Positions 24,551 to 38,564 of a stretch of 64,000 nucleotides of DNA are shown here, piece after piece. Both the position numbers and the translations under genes were made by a program. The DNA comes from Octopus bimaculoides (taxonomy: Eukaryota). The notes beneath the pieces are model-generated. The model searched no databases, was not told the DNA's origin, and saw only the letters and a program-made list of their open reading frames with translations. The stretch lies in assembly GCF_001194135.2 (NCBI RefSeq), contig NC_068981.1:89770992-89834991 (forward strand), read 5' to 3'. How positions within the stretch are numbered: the first letter of the stretch is position 1; every line of letters starts with the position of its first letter.

Positions 24551-24939
24551 ATGTTCTCGAATTTGATGGACATATAGTGGTAAGCAAGCCGACACAAGAT
24601 CTCTACTGCAACTTTTTTATTGATGTATCCGAAAAGACCCAGAACGACGGGTCGAAACATATGTTGTACTCAATAAAGTCTAATACACATTCCATCTCCT
24701 ATTTTATTAATGCTATATATATAACTCTGTATGTATATAGTTATGTTATATTCTGTTAAGAACGTAGTAGAGTACAGTATAAAGCTCGTCCACCTTCAGA
24801 TTTCCCCCGAGTGCTGCCAGATTTGTGTTGGGGCTTCTGTAGTGTATGAATAGATAATTGACTCCGACATATTTAATTATATGTATGTATGTATGCATGT
24901 ATGTATGTATGTATGTATGTATGTATGTATGTATGTATG

Positions 24940-24982
<43 letters not shown>

Positions 24983-24984
24983 CA

Positions 24985-25180
24985 GTTTTTACCTTCAACG
25001 TATTTTAGTCATTAGACTGTGGCCATGCTGAGGCACTACTGCTTTGAAGAATTTTAGTCAAGCAAACCGACTCCAGTACTTGTTTATTTTACCGAACGAT
25101 TAGGTTACAGGGAATATAAACATACCAACACCGGCTGTCAAATGGTGTTGGGAGACAAACACAGACACAAAGACACACAG

Positions 25181-25243
<63 letters not shown>

Positions 25244-25347
25244 CACATGTACACACACGCACACAAATATACATACACATATCTATATACGACAGGCTTC
25301 TGTCAGTTTCTGTCGACCAAATTTACTCACAAGGCTTTAGCTAGCCC
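24985..25347 (-). mobile_element. SINE-B, 5'-truncated
   Basis: Reverse complement of the SINE-B body and tail ('tgtggccatgctg...','gtcaaatggtgttgggagacaaacac'). Confidence 0.75.
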
Positions 25348-25357
25348 CAGACTCAAG

Positions 25358-25620
25358 TAGAAATTGCAAGAATTTGGAGTATGCAAGTGTAAAGATTGTG
25401 CCTATAATAATTGGTGCATTGGGAACTGTAAGCAAAGATATAGACACATGGTTGGACGAGATTCGAATAGAATGTTGTGTAGAGCTTCTGCCGGAAGTTT
25501 GCATTTTAGGGACAGGAAAGATTATCAGGAGTGTTCTAAGCACTTGAAAGAATATTGAAAGCTAGTTGACACCAAATGTTACGGGTAGTTACTCGCTACT
25601 CACATAAATCTCGTTAGTGT
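25358..25620 (+). mobile_element. 3' end of an RLE-type (R4/Dong-like) non-LTR retrotransposon
   Basis: 'VKIVPIIIGALGTVSKDIDTWLDEI...CILGTGKIIRSVLST*'. Confidence 0.85.
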
Positions 25621-25640
25621 CTCCGCTGTGCAGCAACTGT

Positions 25641-26320
25641 AATAGAATGGACGAAGCCATTGCCCATATCACGAACGAATGCCCTAGACTTGCCCAGGAT
25701 TACTACTAGTTGTGGCGACACGATCAGGTGGAGAAAGTGATCCATTGGAAACTGTGCGAAAAGTAGGGGCTAGAGAGATGCAAGACGTGGTATGAGCACA
25801 AACCACAGAGAGTAGCAGAGTCAGAGATTTGCAAAATCCTCTGGGATTTTCCAATCCAAACAGTTCAGGTGCTTGAGTATAAAAGACCGGACGTAGTGGT
25901 AGTCGACAAGATGCACCACATGTGCTCTATATTTAATGATGCCTCTCACTTTGACCCACAAAAAGACAAGAAGAAAGGTGAAAAATTGATAAATACACTC
26001 CTCTTAAGTCGGAAGTAGCCCGGCTATAGCAAATGAAGATGAAGATAGTGCCAATTATTGTTGGGTCCTTGGGTGAGTATCAGAAGGCATCAAGAAGAAT
26101 TTAAAGGAAATCGGAATAGCGTGCCCAGTAGAACTGTTACATGAGGTTTGTCTTCTTGGCACGACCAGAATAATGAGGAAAGTATAAATTAGTTGCAAAG
26201 AATAGATAGCATGGCATGATGCCGTACGCTGCAAGTAGCAAGCCCACTACACATGCGAGATTCCAGGAGTTTCAACAAAACCTGAGATAAAAAGAAATAA
26301 TAATAATAATTACCCCAGTG
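25641..26320 (+). mobile_element. RLE-type (R4/Dong-like) LINE 3' fragment with (TAA)n tail
   Basis: 'HITNECPRLAQ' (zinc-knuckle end), 'RHDQV', 'KRPDVVVVDK', 'KIVPIIVGSLG'; internal stops. Confidence 0.9.
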
Positions 26321-26348
26321 TCAATTTGATGGCATATGCTGCTCTCTC

Positions 26349-26430
<82 letters not shown>

Positions 26431-26848
26431 NNNNNNNNNNNNNNNNNNNNNNNNNNNNNNNNNNNNNNNNNNNNNNNNNNNNNNNNNNNNNNNNNNNNNN
26501 NNNNNNNNNNNNNNNNNNNNNNNNNNNNNNNNNNNNNNNNNNNNNNNNNNNNNNNNNNNNNNNNNNNNNNNNNNNNNNNNNNNNNNNNNNNNNNNNNNNN
26601 NNNNNNNNNNNNNNNNNNNNNNNNNNNNNNNNNNNNNNNNNNNNNNNNNNNNNNNNNNNNNNNNNNNNNNNNNNNNNNNNNNNNNNNNNNNNNNNNNNNN
26701 NNNNNNNNNNNNNNNNNNNNNNNNNNNNNNNNNNNNNNNNNNNNNNNNNNNNNNNNNNNNNNNNNNNNNNNNNNNNNNNNNNNNNNNNNNNNNNNNNNNN
26801 NNNNNNNNNNNNNNNNNNNNNNNNNNNNNNNNNNNNNNNNNNNNNNNN

Positions 26849-26912
<64 letters not shown>

Positions 26913-27124
26913 TAATAATAATGATAATAATAATAATAATAATAATATATGGCACTCTTTTTTAATTTTGACTCTATAACTTCAGGAGGAGTTACCTCAA
27001 TCCTTTCTATATTAACCAAAATGAAGTAGATTGACAAATTTATTTTTTGAACCAGTTGAAGACACACAAGATGTCAAAATATCATTCACTAGATAACAAT
27101 GGCACTCTTCTTTTAATTTTGACT

Positions 27125-27216
<92 letters not shown>

Positions 27217-27399
27217 CCTTTCTATTATTATGTGTTTCAATATCTAATAAGTTCTTAATATTTTGTTTTAAATTTACAATCCCTTAGCATCACATACAAG
27301 ATATATATAGAAAATAGACGTAAGTTAGGTGAGAACAATTACATCTAAATTCAAATAATAATATTGTTTTAATCATTAAAATTTTATACCTTTTCGTGA

Positions 27400-27590
27400 T
27401 TTTTGCCCACGATGTAGGTAGAAGGTATGAAATTTAGTGGGAATGGGGCGAGGCGATTATTTCCACCCCAGTGCTCAACCGATACTTATTTCATCCACCC
27501 CGATGAATGAAAGGCAAAGTTGACCTCAGCAGAATTTGAAATAAAAAACGTGAAGAACCGTAACTAAATACAGCAAATCATTTTGTCCGA
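27400..27590 (-). mobile_element. SINE-A, decayed
   Basis: 'accccagtgctcaaccgatacttatttcatc...gaaaggcaaagttgacctcagcagaatttgaa'. Confidence 0.75.
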
Positions 27591-28203
27591 ATGATTATGC
27601 TGATGATGATGATGTTGATGATGACGAGTAGGAGATTGATAATGAGCATGATCATGATGATGGCGAGAAGATTGAGGAAGAGGAATCACTTTATGCTTCT
27701 TCAGAAGAAGAACTGCAACAAACACAACACTAATAAATTAATATGTTACATGTAAGAATACACATTAATTTTTTGGTATTTTCTTCATTCTAAATTTACG
27801 AGCCTAATTGAAGCTTAGATACTAAAAAAAAAAAGAAACTAAGTTTATTTGAGTGGTAAAATGAGAGTTAGTTACACACTTAGACATGGAAACATGATTA
27901 ATAAACCACTATAAACCATACACGCGCATACACACATATTTATATTACATGCTTAAACGATGTACACTCACATCCACACGCGCACATGATCATGTATACA
28001 TATGTATATTGCATGTGTTTCAGTTTTTGAATTCTTTCAATTTCAAGCAAAGAGAAGAGAAATGAATTCGATGTCAGTATGCATAAATATTTCAGTTTTT
28101 ATATGCAAATACATAGCGCTTCAAAACACACATGCACATATATATATATTTATATATGCGTTTATAAATATATATATATGTGTGTGTGTGCGTGTGTGTG
28201 AAC

Positions 28204-28250
<47 letters not shown>

Positions 28251-28700
28251 TATACATACATTTATATATACACACACACACACTGACGTATATAGACTGC
28301 TACACACCATATATATAAGTACGTATTGGCATATACACAGAGGGTATATATTTATATGTACACACATATACATATCTACATATGCTTATATATTTATACA
28401 TATAAACACATACATATACATACGTACATATATTTGTGTGTGTATGTATGTGTATGCATATGATAGGTGTATTCAGACAGTTATTCATATATGCGTGTGT
28501 GTGTGTAAGTAAGTTAGCATAATTTGTTTAGATTAAAGATTAAACTGACATGTTTAAACAGCCAGGATGAAACGGCAATGTAAATCAATGTAAATGATTT
28601 GATAAACGAAATGAAGAGAATGAGACAAGTGTCTGAAGAAAGACTGCTATAACAAAAAGAGCATCAGTAGAGGTGCAAAAAATGTATATGTATACATTGA

Positions 28701-28732
<32 letters not shown>

Positions 28733-28735
28733 CAT

Positions 28736-28785
<50 letters not shown>

Positions 28786-29340
28786 NNNNNNNNNNNNNNN
28801 NNNNNNNNNNNNNNNNNNNNNNNNNNNNNNNNNNNNNNNNNNNNNNNNNNNNNNNNNNNNNNNNNNNNNNNNNNNNNNNNNNNNNNNNNNNNNNNNNNNN
28901 NNNNNNNNNNNNNNNNNNNNNNNNNNNNNNNNNNNNNNNNNNNNNNNNNNNNNNNNNNNNNNNNNNNNNNNNNNNNNNNNNNNNNNNNNNNNNNNNNNNN
29001 NNNNNNNNNNNNNNNNNNNNNNNNNNNNNNNNNNNNNNNNNNNNNNNNNNNNNNNNNNNNNNNNNNNNNNNNNNNNNNNNNNNNNNNNNNNNNNNNNNNN
29101 NNNNNNNNNNNNNNNNNNNNNNNNNNNNNNNNNNNNNNNNNNNNNNNNNNNNNNNNNNNNNNNNNNNNNNNNNNNNNNNNNNNNNNNNNNNNNNNNNNNN
29201 NNNNNNNNNNNNNNNNNNNNNNNNNNNNNNNNNNNNNNNNNNNNNNNNNNNNNNNNNNNNNNNNNNNNNNNNNNNNNNNNNNNNNNNNNNNNNNNNNNNN
29301 NNNNNNNNNNNNNNNNNNNNNNNNNNNNNNNNNNNNNNNN

Positions 29341-29374
<34 letters not shown>

Positions 29375-30318
29375 TGAATATATATACATATATATATACA
29401 TATATACATATATACATGTATACATATATATGTACATATATGTATATATGTATATAGGTGTGTGTGTGTTTATACATATATGTATGACAGCATGCAAATA
29501 TGTAGGTGTGTGTGTTTGGTGAAAAGATGTTTAATCAATAATACACGTATGTAAACATATACGTCAAGAGCTGAAAGACATGGCGAAACATAACTGGAAA
29601 AAAAAACAGAACAAAAGACATGAAACAAAGCACAAAAATAGTAAAATAGAAATAGTGAAGCAGAGATATATACAGTATGACTAGAAAATATGTATTTATT
29701 ATAGAAAGGTAATCTACATTGAGCTTCTTTATAAAAGAGAGGAAAGGTAAAAGAATTAAATATGAGAGTTTCTTTCAATGCAAATATATGAGACAACGAA
29801 TATAATACGTCTTAGATTGAATGAAAGCATATTAGATCATGTGAAAGAGTGTTGTGAGTTAGGAATTAGTTTGCTAATATTGAAACATTTTGATCGGTGC
29901 TGAGCTGCATGCCACTCCTAGTATTATTGTTGAGGCAGCAAAATCGTTAGAGGGTCGGGCAGAAGAAATGATCTTGATTGTAAAATGAGATTTGGTGACG
30001 AACTGAGAGTACAAACGTACTTTTTCATTTGCTCTACAGACAGAGAGAGAAAGAGAATGAGAGGAGATATGATATAAGTATGTGATGTTCATGCATTTAT
30101 CAAACGCATCAGCAATATAAATGAAAGGAAATGATGTAAACTATTACGATTAAAATTTAATATCTTTAAGTTTTTTATTTGTGGTCTTTTGACGTTTTAA
30201 CCCAATTTGAAGCTTATTCTATTTCTTGGTTTAATCTTTATATTTCCAGTTGTCTGTTCCCAATTTAATTCATTTACATTGTATTTTTATATATAATTTT
30301 AAATTCTTTTGAAGCTAT

Positions 30319-30396
30319 AAAAGGGGAAGGTATAAAAAGAACAAGTAGTTAAAGTAGAGACTTTAACTACTTATTCGTTTTATACCTTCCCCTTTT
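30319..30396. other. 37-bp stem, 4-nt loop hairpin (2 mismatches)
   Basis: aaaaggggaaggtataaaaagaacaagtagttaaagt-agag-actttaactacttattcgttttataccttcccctttt. Confidence 0.95.
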
Positions 30397-30527
30397 TTGT
30401 TAACATTGAGGACGGCCACTTCTCTGATGGGAAACAACATATTTTTATTTTATTGACCAAACCAAGTTAACCCTATTCTCGGTCTTCTATACATTGTATA
30501 TGTGTGTGATCTATCTGTCTTTCTATC

Positions 30528-30586
<59 letters not shown>

Positions 30587-30908
30587 ATATCTGTCTGTCT
30601 GTCTGTCTGTCTGCCTATCTATCTATGTATCNNNNNNNNNNNNNNNNNNNNNNNNNNNNNNNNNNNNNNNNNNNNNNNNNNNNNNNNNNNNNNNNNNNNN
30701 NNNNNNNNNNNNNNNNNNNNNNNNNNNNNNNNNNNNNNNNNNNNNNNNNNNNNNNNNNNNNNNNNNNNNNNNNNNNNNNNNNNNNNNNNNNNNNNNNNNN
30801 NNNNNNNNNNNNNNNNNNNNNNNNNNNNNNNNNNNNNNNNNNNNNNNNNNNNNNNNNNNNNNNNNNNNNNNNNNNNNNNNNNNNNNNNNNNNNNNNNNNN
30901 NNNNNNNN

Positions 30909-30965
<57 letters not shown>

Positions 30966-31494
30966 TAGATAGATAGATAGATATACATACACATCTATAG
31001 TCTGTAGTCGCGAATATAACCATGATATTCTGGTGATCTGTTGAGTTAGCTTTCTTTATTTGAATTGATTTGTTAATATGCAATTGTATTGTATAATGCA
31101 TATTAATGCAAACATGTAAACTATTTATGACATAGAAATATGAAGAAGGCTACGAAACAGCCGTAATCCTAAGGATGTCAAGTGGTTAAGTAAATACATG
31201 CACTTCTCATACCTTCTGACTTTTATGGTTTAGATACTCCACATGAAATAATTTAATCAATCATACCTACTAGATTTCAGGTGCATGGGCACTCTGCATT
31301 ACACTTCTCTGTATTGGAATACTATGTGTTCTGTAAGCCGAGTCCGTTAGAGTAGCTTTCTGTGATAGCCACACGATTCTCTGAATCCATATCTTATACT
31401 AAAAAATTATATTACGTAATATATGTAGTATATATATACAATAATTAAACCATATATCATGCGCTTTATTGTGTATTGCTAAGCGCATGATCTC

Positions 31495-31560
31495 CCGGTC
31501 CGTGAAAAAATAGTCTCTTATGAAACCGGTGCATGGTACAAATAAAGTTGGGGAACACTG
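31495..31560 (+). mobile_element. hAT/Charlie-like terminal fragment
   Basis: 'ccggtccgtgaaaaaatagtct..atgaaaccggtgcatggtacaaataaagttggggaacactg' resembles the right end of Charlie/MER1-type elements (recalled consensus). Confidence 0.5.
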
Positions 31561-33754
31561 GCTTAAAGTGAATACGCATCACAAGTAGAATGTTATTATT
31601 GACGCTCTTACCAAAAATTCTCCGTGTTTTTAATGCTAATTTAGCCTATGGATTGTACAGCTGTATCAGGAGGAATTTTAAACTTCAATGTAGCTTAATT
31701 TTTGACAAACGCTATATGACAATAGAAAAGTTATTTAACGTTTTGGACATGGCTTTTTATTCCCAGACGCTTTACAATTACCTTAATTTATTTGACACAG
31801 ATCTCTTGGTATGAAGGATAATATCGGTCATTAGATGCACGCTAGTATCACTTTTGTAAGGAAAATTCATTGATAAATGCTTGCTGGACAGATGTACTTC
31901 ATGTTGACTGTTAATAAAAAAAACACTTGATAACATCTGCTAATGAAAATCAATAACTTTTACGAAAATTACAGACATAGCTTATAAGATTATTTGTACA
32001 GTTAATGATTTCTTACGCTGACACCAAGTCAGAAATTTTAGGAACGGTGATAATGAATTCCTCCGGCCCCAGTGTACTCCTGGTACATAGTTTATATCCG
32101 TGAAGGAGGATCGACTGTGGTTGAAATTCGATTACAGCAGATTATAATTGGAAGTGTTGAAAAGTAATTTTATAATCTGGTTGTGTACGGCTTCGACTAT
32201 TCCACTATCTTCTATAAAGTGTCAGCTTAACGTGACAAAACCAAATTATGCTACATCTGGGCAATAGGTAAGGATAATTATATCCATTGAGTTTTGTCAG
32301 TGTAGTATTGTGATAAATATACATTCTACTCTCAACAATATATTCCTTCGAGATCTAAATATCACACAAAAGTATGGCTTCTTATTTAGGCAGCGATAAC
32401 AGTGATTTGATGTAGGACAGAAGACAAATGAACACAAGGACAACATCTCACGTAAAACTGATGCTTTTTCCTAGGGAACAGAAATCTCTCTAGCAATCAC
32501 TTCAGCTTTAAAAGAAGGGCTATGATAAATTACAGTATTCCTCGCGTACTGCGCCAAACATAGCAGAAGGCATTTTTATTTTTAAAAAACCTATTCTAGT
32601 ACAGCTGTCACTCACATGCAACTATAATCTGGTAACTTGTTCCACGCATTGGCTGATAGGTATTATAAAGTGACAAGCAGACATAAGCATCTCTTTCGTC
32701 CCCTATCCTTCGAGGATGTGACATCTTCAGGGGAGAAGGGAGGAAGTTACACAGACATTTTGGTTGGTACTTATATATAGTTGTATATACTGGAGCAAAG
32801 TAAAATGGATTGTCTTGCTCAAGGTGACAATACACCACCGAGTCCAAGAATCGAAACCATGACGTTATGACCATGAGACTGATATCCAAGCCACTAAGGC
32901 ATGGGCCTTCAGAGTACCTTCTCAAACCAGGTTCAAATAAACACACAGTCAACTACACATACACCCAACGCATAAATACTCCAGTTATTCTTCAGCCGAA
33001 CGCTGTGAAAGCGGAATCACATGCCTAATATGAAAGAATGAAATGGCGATGATGTACTGAACATTCATATCTTTAGACAATAAGTAGGTGCATATGGTAA
33101 TATGGAAATAAAATAAAGTGATACCTAAAAGACATTTGTCTGTGTATAACATTACTAATGTCCATAATTTGTGAGCATTCTTTGAAATTATTTCCTATAT
33201 AGACTAATTAACTTTTCAATTTTATTTTGTTGTTTATTGAAGGAGTGGGAGATGCATTTAATCACTTTTTTAAAAACGAATATTCGTTTTATCATCACTT
33301 ACGTACAGAAATATATTTTATTTTTGTTTTCATACTGTTTTCGTAAACAAACATTTATGTAGACAATTTAGATAAGTAGACAGTTAAAATATGAATTACT
33401 GTGTTTGAACTAGCATGAAATGAAATTACTTTGAATGTATTAAATAAAATACAGATTTCTTTTGATTTGGCACAAGGACAATTTTTTCCGAAAGAAAATT
33501 GAATCGCCTTCTGTATTTTACCAACACTTAATATATCGACCCTGAATAGATGAAAGTAAAGCAGGTATTGAACTCAGTCGATGTTGAGCGCAGTTCCAAT
33601 TGATTTATGCAAAATCTATTAAATGAATTATTGGTTTCCCACACTGAATTCTTAGGAGAGAAGCATGAGCGAATAAATCTCTCCCTTGACAAGTATTTTT
33701 TTTTCCGAATAAATGAAAGGCAATTTTGATCCTGGATAGAACAGATCTTAAAAG

Positions 33755-34185
33755 AGAAGCATGGCTGTGTATAAGCGCAGATATGGTTGCGTGAATTAAG
33801 AACTTCGGTTTGCAGCCCCGTAGTTTCAATCACAATGCGCAGTGCTTTGGAAAAGTGTCTTCTACTATAGCATTAGGCCGACCAATGCCGCGTGAGTGTA
33901 TTTGATAGACTATGTATTTGGAGACTGTGTGGAGACCTGTCGCGTGTATGTGTGTGTGTTTGCGAGCTTGCGTGCGCGTGTCTTTGTGTTTGTCCCATAC
34001 ACTTTGACAACCTGTGTCAGTTTGTTAATGTATTCGTAAATTAGCTGTTCAGAAAAATAACCCGATAGAATAAGTACCAGACCTAAATAAAAGAACTAGT
34101 ACTGAGGACAATTAGTTTTGACTAAACCATTCAAGGCGATTCCTCAGCGTGGCTAGAGTGCAATAACTCAAACAAGAGGACAAAT
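33755..34185 (+). mobile_element. SINE-B, decayed
   Basis: 'catggctgtgt...aaagtgtcttctactatagcattaggccgaccaatgcc...ccgatagaataagtacc'. Confidence 0.8.
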
Positions 34186-35878
34186 AAATATTAACTGCTA
34201 TTTAGTTCAATGCTACAATTTATGTCACCTCACTAATATTATAAAAAGCAAATAAAATACTGAAAACTTTAGCATCAAAATCATATTGTATTCTAACTTC
34301 AATAAGTTGCCTTTGGATTTAAATAGAAAATCTTTGTATCATAGTTGTTATCGGAAAATACTATCCTAAAATTATTATTAAGTATTTTGGCAACAGGATT
34401 ACTATTATCGCTAGTTACTAGCTTCAGTGAAGACAGAGAGAAAGAGAGGAATTACTATTGTTGCTTTAGTGATATTATCTGTGAACATGGTTTTTATCTC
34501 TTACATTTTAAAATATTTTGTTTAATCAAACAATAAAGCGTGAAGGCTTGTCAGTTTTCTGATACTGTTCCTAATATTAAGCCACACAAAATCCAGAATC
34601 GAAGGAGATTAACGATGGTCTGCTTTGAGTCAATAGATTTCGAGGAAGAGTTCTATAAATTCAGTTTGCATTGAGGAGTGAAGAATCAAACGTTTGGTCA
34701 GTTGATCTTCATTTAATAGTGAGAAAGCGAAAGAAAATAACGTTACCACTTGAGTTGGGCAATTTGAAATTAAGTTAAGGTAATTATCTCAGCTTACTTT
34801 AGTGAAATATTATTCATCTAGTAACATTATGCTTGTATGGCTTTCTGTTGCCTTCTATAAGCTGGCAGTACAGTTTAAGTTCAGCAGATGATTTTGTATT
34901 TATTTATTTAGTGCCTGGCTCCTTTTAGATAGAATTTTTTTAGAAGTACAAAGATTTAGATTTAGAAAAAATAAGTGGTGTAAAAGTAAGTTGTAGTGAC
35001 CATGACTTGTACAGCAACATAAGGGATGAAAAAATGAAAATAAATGAATCTGCAGACATGAATTGAAACTTTGACATTGTTTTACTCGCACTGAGTATTC
35101 GCAAATACTTACTGAACAATGTACACCATCAGACCATATAAGGTTTAATTTGCTTTTACTCTGAAGACCTGGTTTCCTTTAAGAATATTAATTATAACTT
35201 TTATCTCCAAATAAACATATTAAATAATTTGTTAATCCGTACAAATTCAAATGAAGCAGATTAATTTCCTTGCATTAACAACCGAATTATAAGCTAATGA
35301 CTTTTGAATTTCTCATNNNNNNNNNNCTATGAGAAATAATAAGAATTCTAATTTGAAGACATGACATCCTGATTGTTTTTATGGCACTTCATTTACCGAT
35401 AAAGCATTAATTATCACCGTCTCTTTTAAATAAAATGGTATTTAAACATGATGAATAGGTTCTTCTCGTCATTTTTTATATGCTGGAGATTGTTTAATTA
35501 ATATTTCTTTAAGGTTCTGAATTCAGGCTTTTTTCGTGTCACCTTCAAAATGTAACGAGAAAATTAATCGATTTTGTAATTGGTTTCATGTCCTAGTTCT
35601 AAATACGATCTTAGGCGCTCTGTTTCTGTTAGGCATTGAGTGGTGTCATCAAGAATTTATTAATGGCTAGGAACCTACGATTAATGACACAAAATTTACG
35701 TGTAACAGTGGTTTGTGACGTCTCAACAACACATTATGAGATATAAGATACTTTGAATCAGAAAATTCAACTGATTCTGTTGCATTTATTTTTTTTAATT
35801 TTGTCATATTTTTCTCTGTGTTATGACAAACAGGTATTCTGGTATTCCTGTCATTATTACACATTCTATATATTTTTA

Positions 35879-36133
35879 CAGCGTGGAAGGTGTTTATAAG
35901 CCATTTAAAAACACACAAAAACCGTTAGATTCACTTCAACATTTAAATTTAATTTGCCAAAATATTTTCGTTGCCTTGAGACCGCGACCTGTTCACAATT
36001 TCGTGCCCCATCACAATGAACAGGTCACGGTCTCAAAGCGACAAAAATATTTTGGCAAATTAAATTTAAATGTTGAAGTGAATCTAACGGTTTCTGTGTG
36101 TTTTTAAATGGCTTATAAACACCTTCCATGCTG
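35879..36133. mobile_element. Head-to-head inverted dimer of the 18.3-kb hammerhead-bearing repeat (117-bp arms, 21-nt loop)
   Basis: 35879-35995 is the reverse complement of 36017-36133; both arms align to 18324-18445. Confidence 0.85.
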
Positions 36134-36155
36134 CAATTGTTTTTGTTTCAGCATA

Positions 36156-36600
36156 GGCGTAGGAGTGGCTGTGTGGTAAGTAGCTAGCTTACCAACCACA
36201 TGGTTCCGGGTTCAGTCCCACTGCGTGGCATCTTAGGCAAGTGTCTTCTACTATACCCTCGGGCCGACCAAAGTCTTGTGAGTTGATTTGGTAGACAGAA
36301 ACTGAAAGAAGCCTGTCGTATATATGTATATGTATATGTGTGTGTATATATGTGTGCATATGTTTCTGTGCCTGTGTTTGTCCCCCCAACATCGCTTGAC
36401 AACCGATGCTGGTGTGTTTATGTCCCCGTAACTTAGCGGTTCGGCAAAAGCGACCGATAGAATAAGTACTAGGNNNNNNNNNNGAATAAGTACTAGGCTT
36501 CCAAAGAATAAGTCCTGGGGTCGATTTGCTCGACTAAAGGCGGTGCTTCAGCATGGCCACAGTCAAAAAGGCTGAAACAAGTAAAAGAGTAAAAGAGAGA
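36156..36600 (+). mobile_element. SINE-B, near full length, inserted into the hammerhead-bearing repeat
   Basis: 'ggcgtaggagtggctgtgtggtaag...ggttccgggttcagtcccactgcg'. The flanks 'tttcagcata' and 'tacgatctcagatcagg' are contiguous in the 18.46-kb copy. Confidence 0.9.
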
Positions 36601-36858
36601 TACGATCTCAGATCAGGTCATTTGCTATGCAAGTACATCTCCATAATATATATTTCTAATTTTTTGTATATTCTACCATCCTATTATTATGCATCTTTTT
36701 TACAAAAGAATAGTCATTTCACCGCACAAAATGCCAAGCAGCATTTCTTCCGGCTCTTTACGTTCTGAGTTACAATATCGGCGAAGTCTACTTTGTCTTT
36801 TCTCCTTTTAAGGCCGCTAAAATAAATTAAAAGCCAATACTTGCTGCCTCCCATCAAA

Positions 36859-37065
36859 GGGGAGCTGGCAGAACAGTTAGCACGACGGGCAAAATGCTCA
36901 ACAACATTTAGTCTGTCTTCACGTTCTGAGATCAAATTCCGCCGAGATCGACTTTGCGTTTCAGGGTCGATGAAATAAGTACCATTTGAGCACTGGGATC
37001 GATGTAATCGACTTACCTCGTTTCTAAAGCTGCTACCCTTGTGCCAAAATTAGAAATCATTATTA
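36859..37065 (+). mobile_element. SINE-A
   Basis: 'ggggagctggcagaacagttagcacgacgggcaaaatgct...caaattccgccgagatcgactttgc'. Confidence 0.85.
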
Positions 37066-38564
37066 TACATGTTTTATGTGTTATAACTTGTATGACAAGT
37101 ATAAAACATGGTTATTCCTGACGTTGTTACAAATTGCACATTATTTTTGTTTTTTATTTTATATGCATTACAGGTTTTGTTCTTGTTTAACTTCAAGGCA
37201 TCCCTGATGGTAAAGGTCTACAATCAAATGTGCTGTGTCCTGACCATAATGTCTCGTTTTTCAAATGTATATTTAACGGGACTTTACTTTTTTTTTCTTT
37301 AGAGAGTTTTAACTGACAGATATTTGGCTGCTATTTCTAGCCTGTCATGCGACCGTGAAATGGCTTCTCTATTGGTGCTATTGTTTCAGCTTCACTTGAA
37401 ATTCATTTAAATGGTAACCGTATAAGCATGTATTATATTAAATTGAATCTAGTGTGAAGACGGAATTGTTTCACGACTTTGATGTCTGCAAGTCCACGTA
37501 ATGCCTTTGTCCAACATCACGGAGCCAATAAGAGAGAGATTCTTTCCCTGGCTACTTGGCATGCTAGAAGGAAGTTGCAGCCAAATTTTCCTCTTAAAAA
37601 AAGAACGTATTTTATAATTTAGAACTGGATAAACTGTTTCTAAAAGCCAAATGGGGTTTGTCCTAGTTGGATCGTACTCGATTACAAGACTACTCTTTCA
37701 CTGCCAGATGACCAGGGAATAAACACAACAGCAGCAGCTTTACGTTATCTATATGATAACTAATAAAGTTTATATGTTGTAACATGGTAACAGATAAAAC
37801 GGTTTTCATAAGCAGGGTTTAATGGTGAAGTGGGTAATTCCTTGTTTAAAGTTTTTCTAGCTATCAGCTCCCTTCAGACAAACTATAAAAATAACATTAC
37901 GATTATGCTATAACCGCTTAGGTATCAATATGGATCATGTCAAATAAAAATAAATAAATACATAAATAATTGGAACCAATTACGAAAGCTTTTGATATAT
38001 TATTCAGCAAAAGAGTTCTCGCAACTGATGTGCCAAGAAATATCTTCTACATTAATAAGCAATCTTCGCATTCGTTTGTGTCAGAACTTACGACAAAATC
38101 CCTGTTAACAGGGAAAACAAATGTGTTATACAACTAAACATAAAATGAGAATCAAGAAAAGTAACAAAGTTAATAATCTTCGGAGAAACGCCTTTCCAAA
38201 CGAAAAGAGTATTACCCATAAACATTTGTACTCATGAAAGACTTTCATTCATAAAATACGACTCAAACACAATGAAAAACTAGTGTAATGGAGCAAACTG
38301 CTGAATGTATTGTGTTTGTTGGATTATTCGCTAATATCAGAGTCTTGCGTTGGATGGAGCTACACTTTTGGACATTTGTACATTTTGTTGAGGCTTGTGC
38401 TTGATAAGTGATAGATGTCGGTAAGAAAATTTTGTTGATCTCATTTGGGATGATACCATGGTTATGCGGTATCATAACCATGGTATCATTTTAAAACATA
38501 AAATGGTATTATTTTAAAACATAAATATTATTTTTAAATATAAATCCCTATTCTGCACCAGTGC

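Noticed and set aside
27590-27735. Acidic D/E-rich reading (DDDDVDDDE...EEELQQ)
   Set aside because: Degenerate (GAT)n tract with an in-frame stop.
34345-34536. Signal-peptide-like ORF (LSENTILKLLLSILATGLLLSLVTS...), similarly 11068-11454
   Set aside because: TTG start, weak splice context, and hydrophobic codons are expected by chance in AT-rich DNA.
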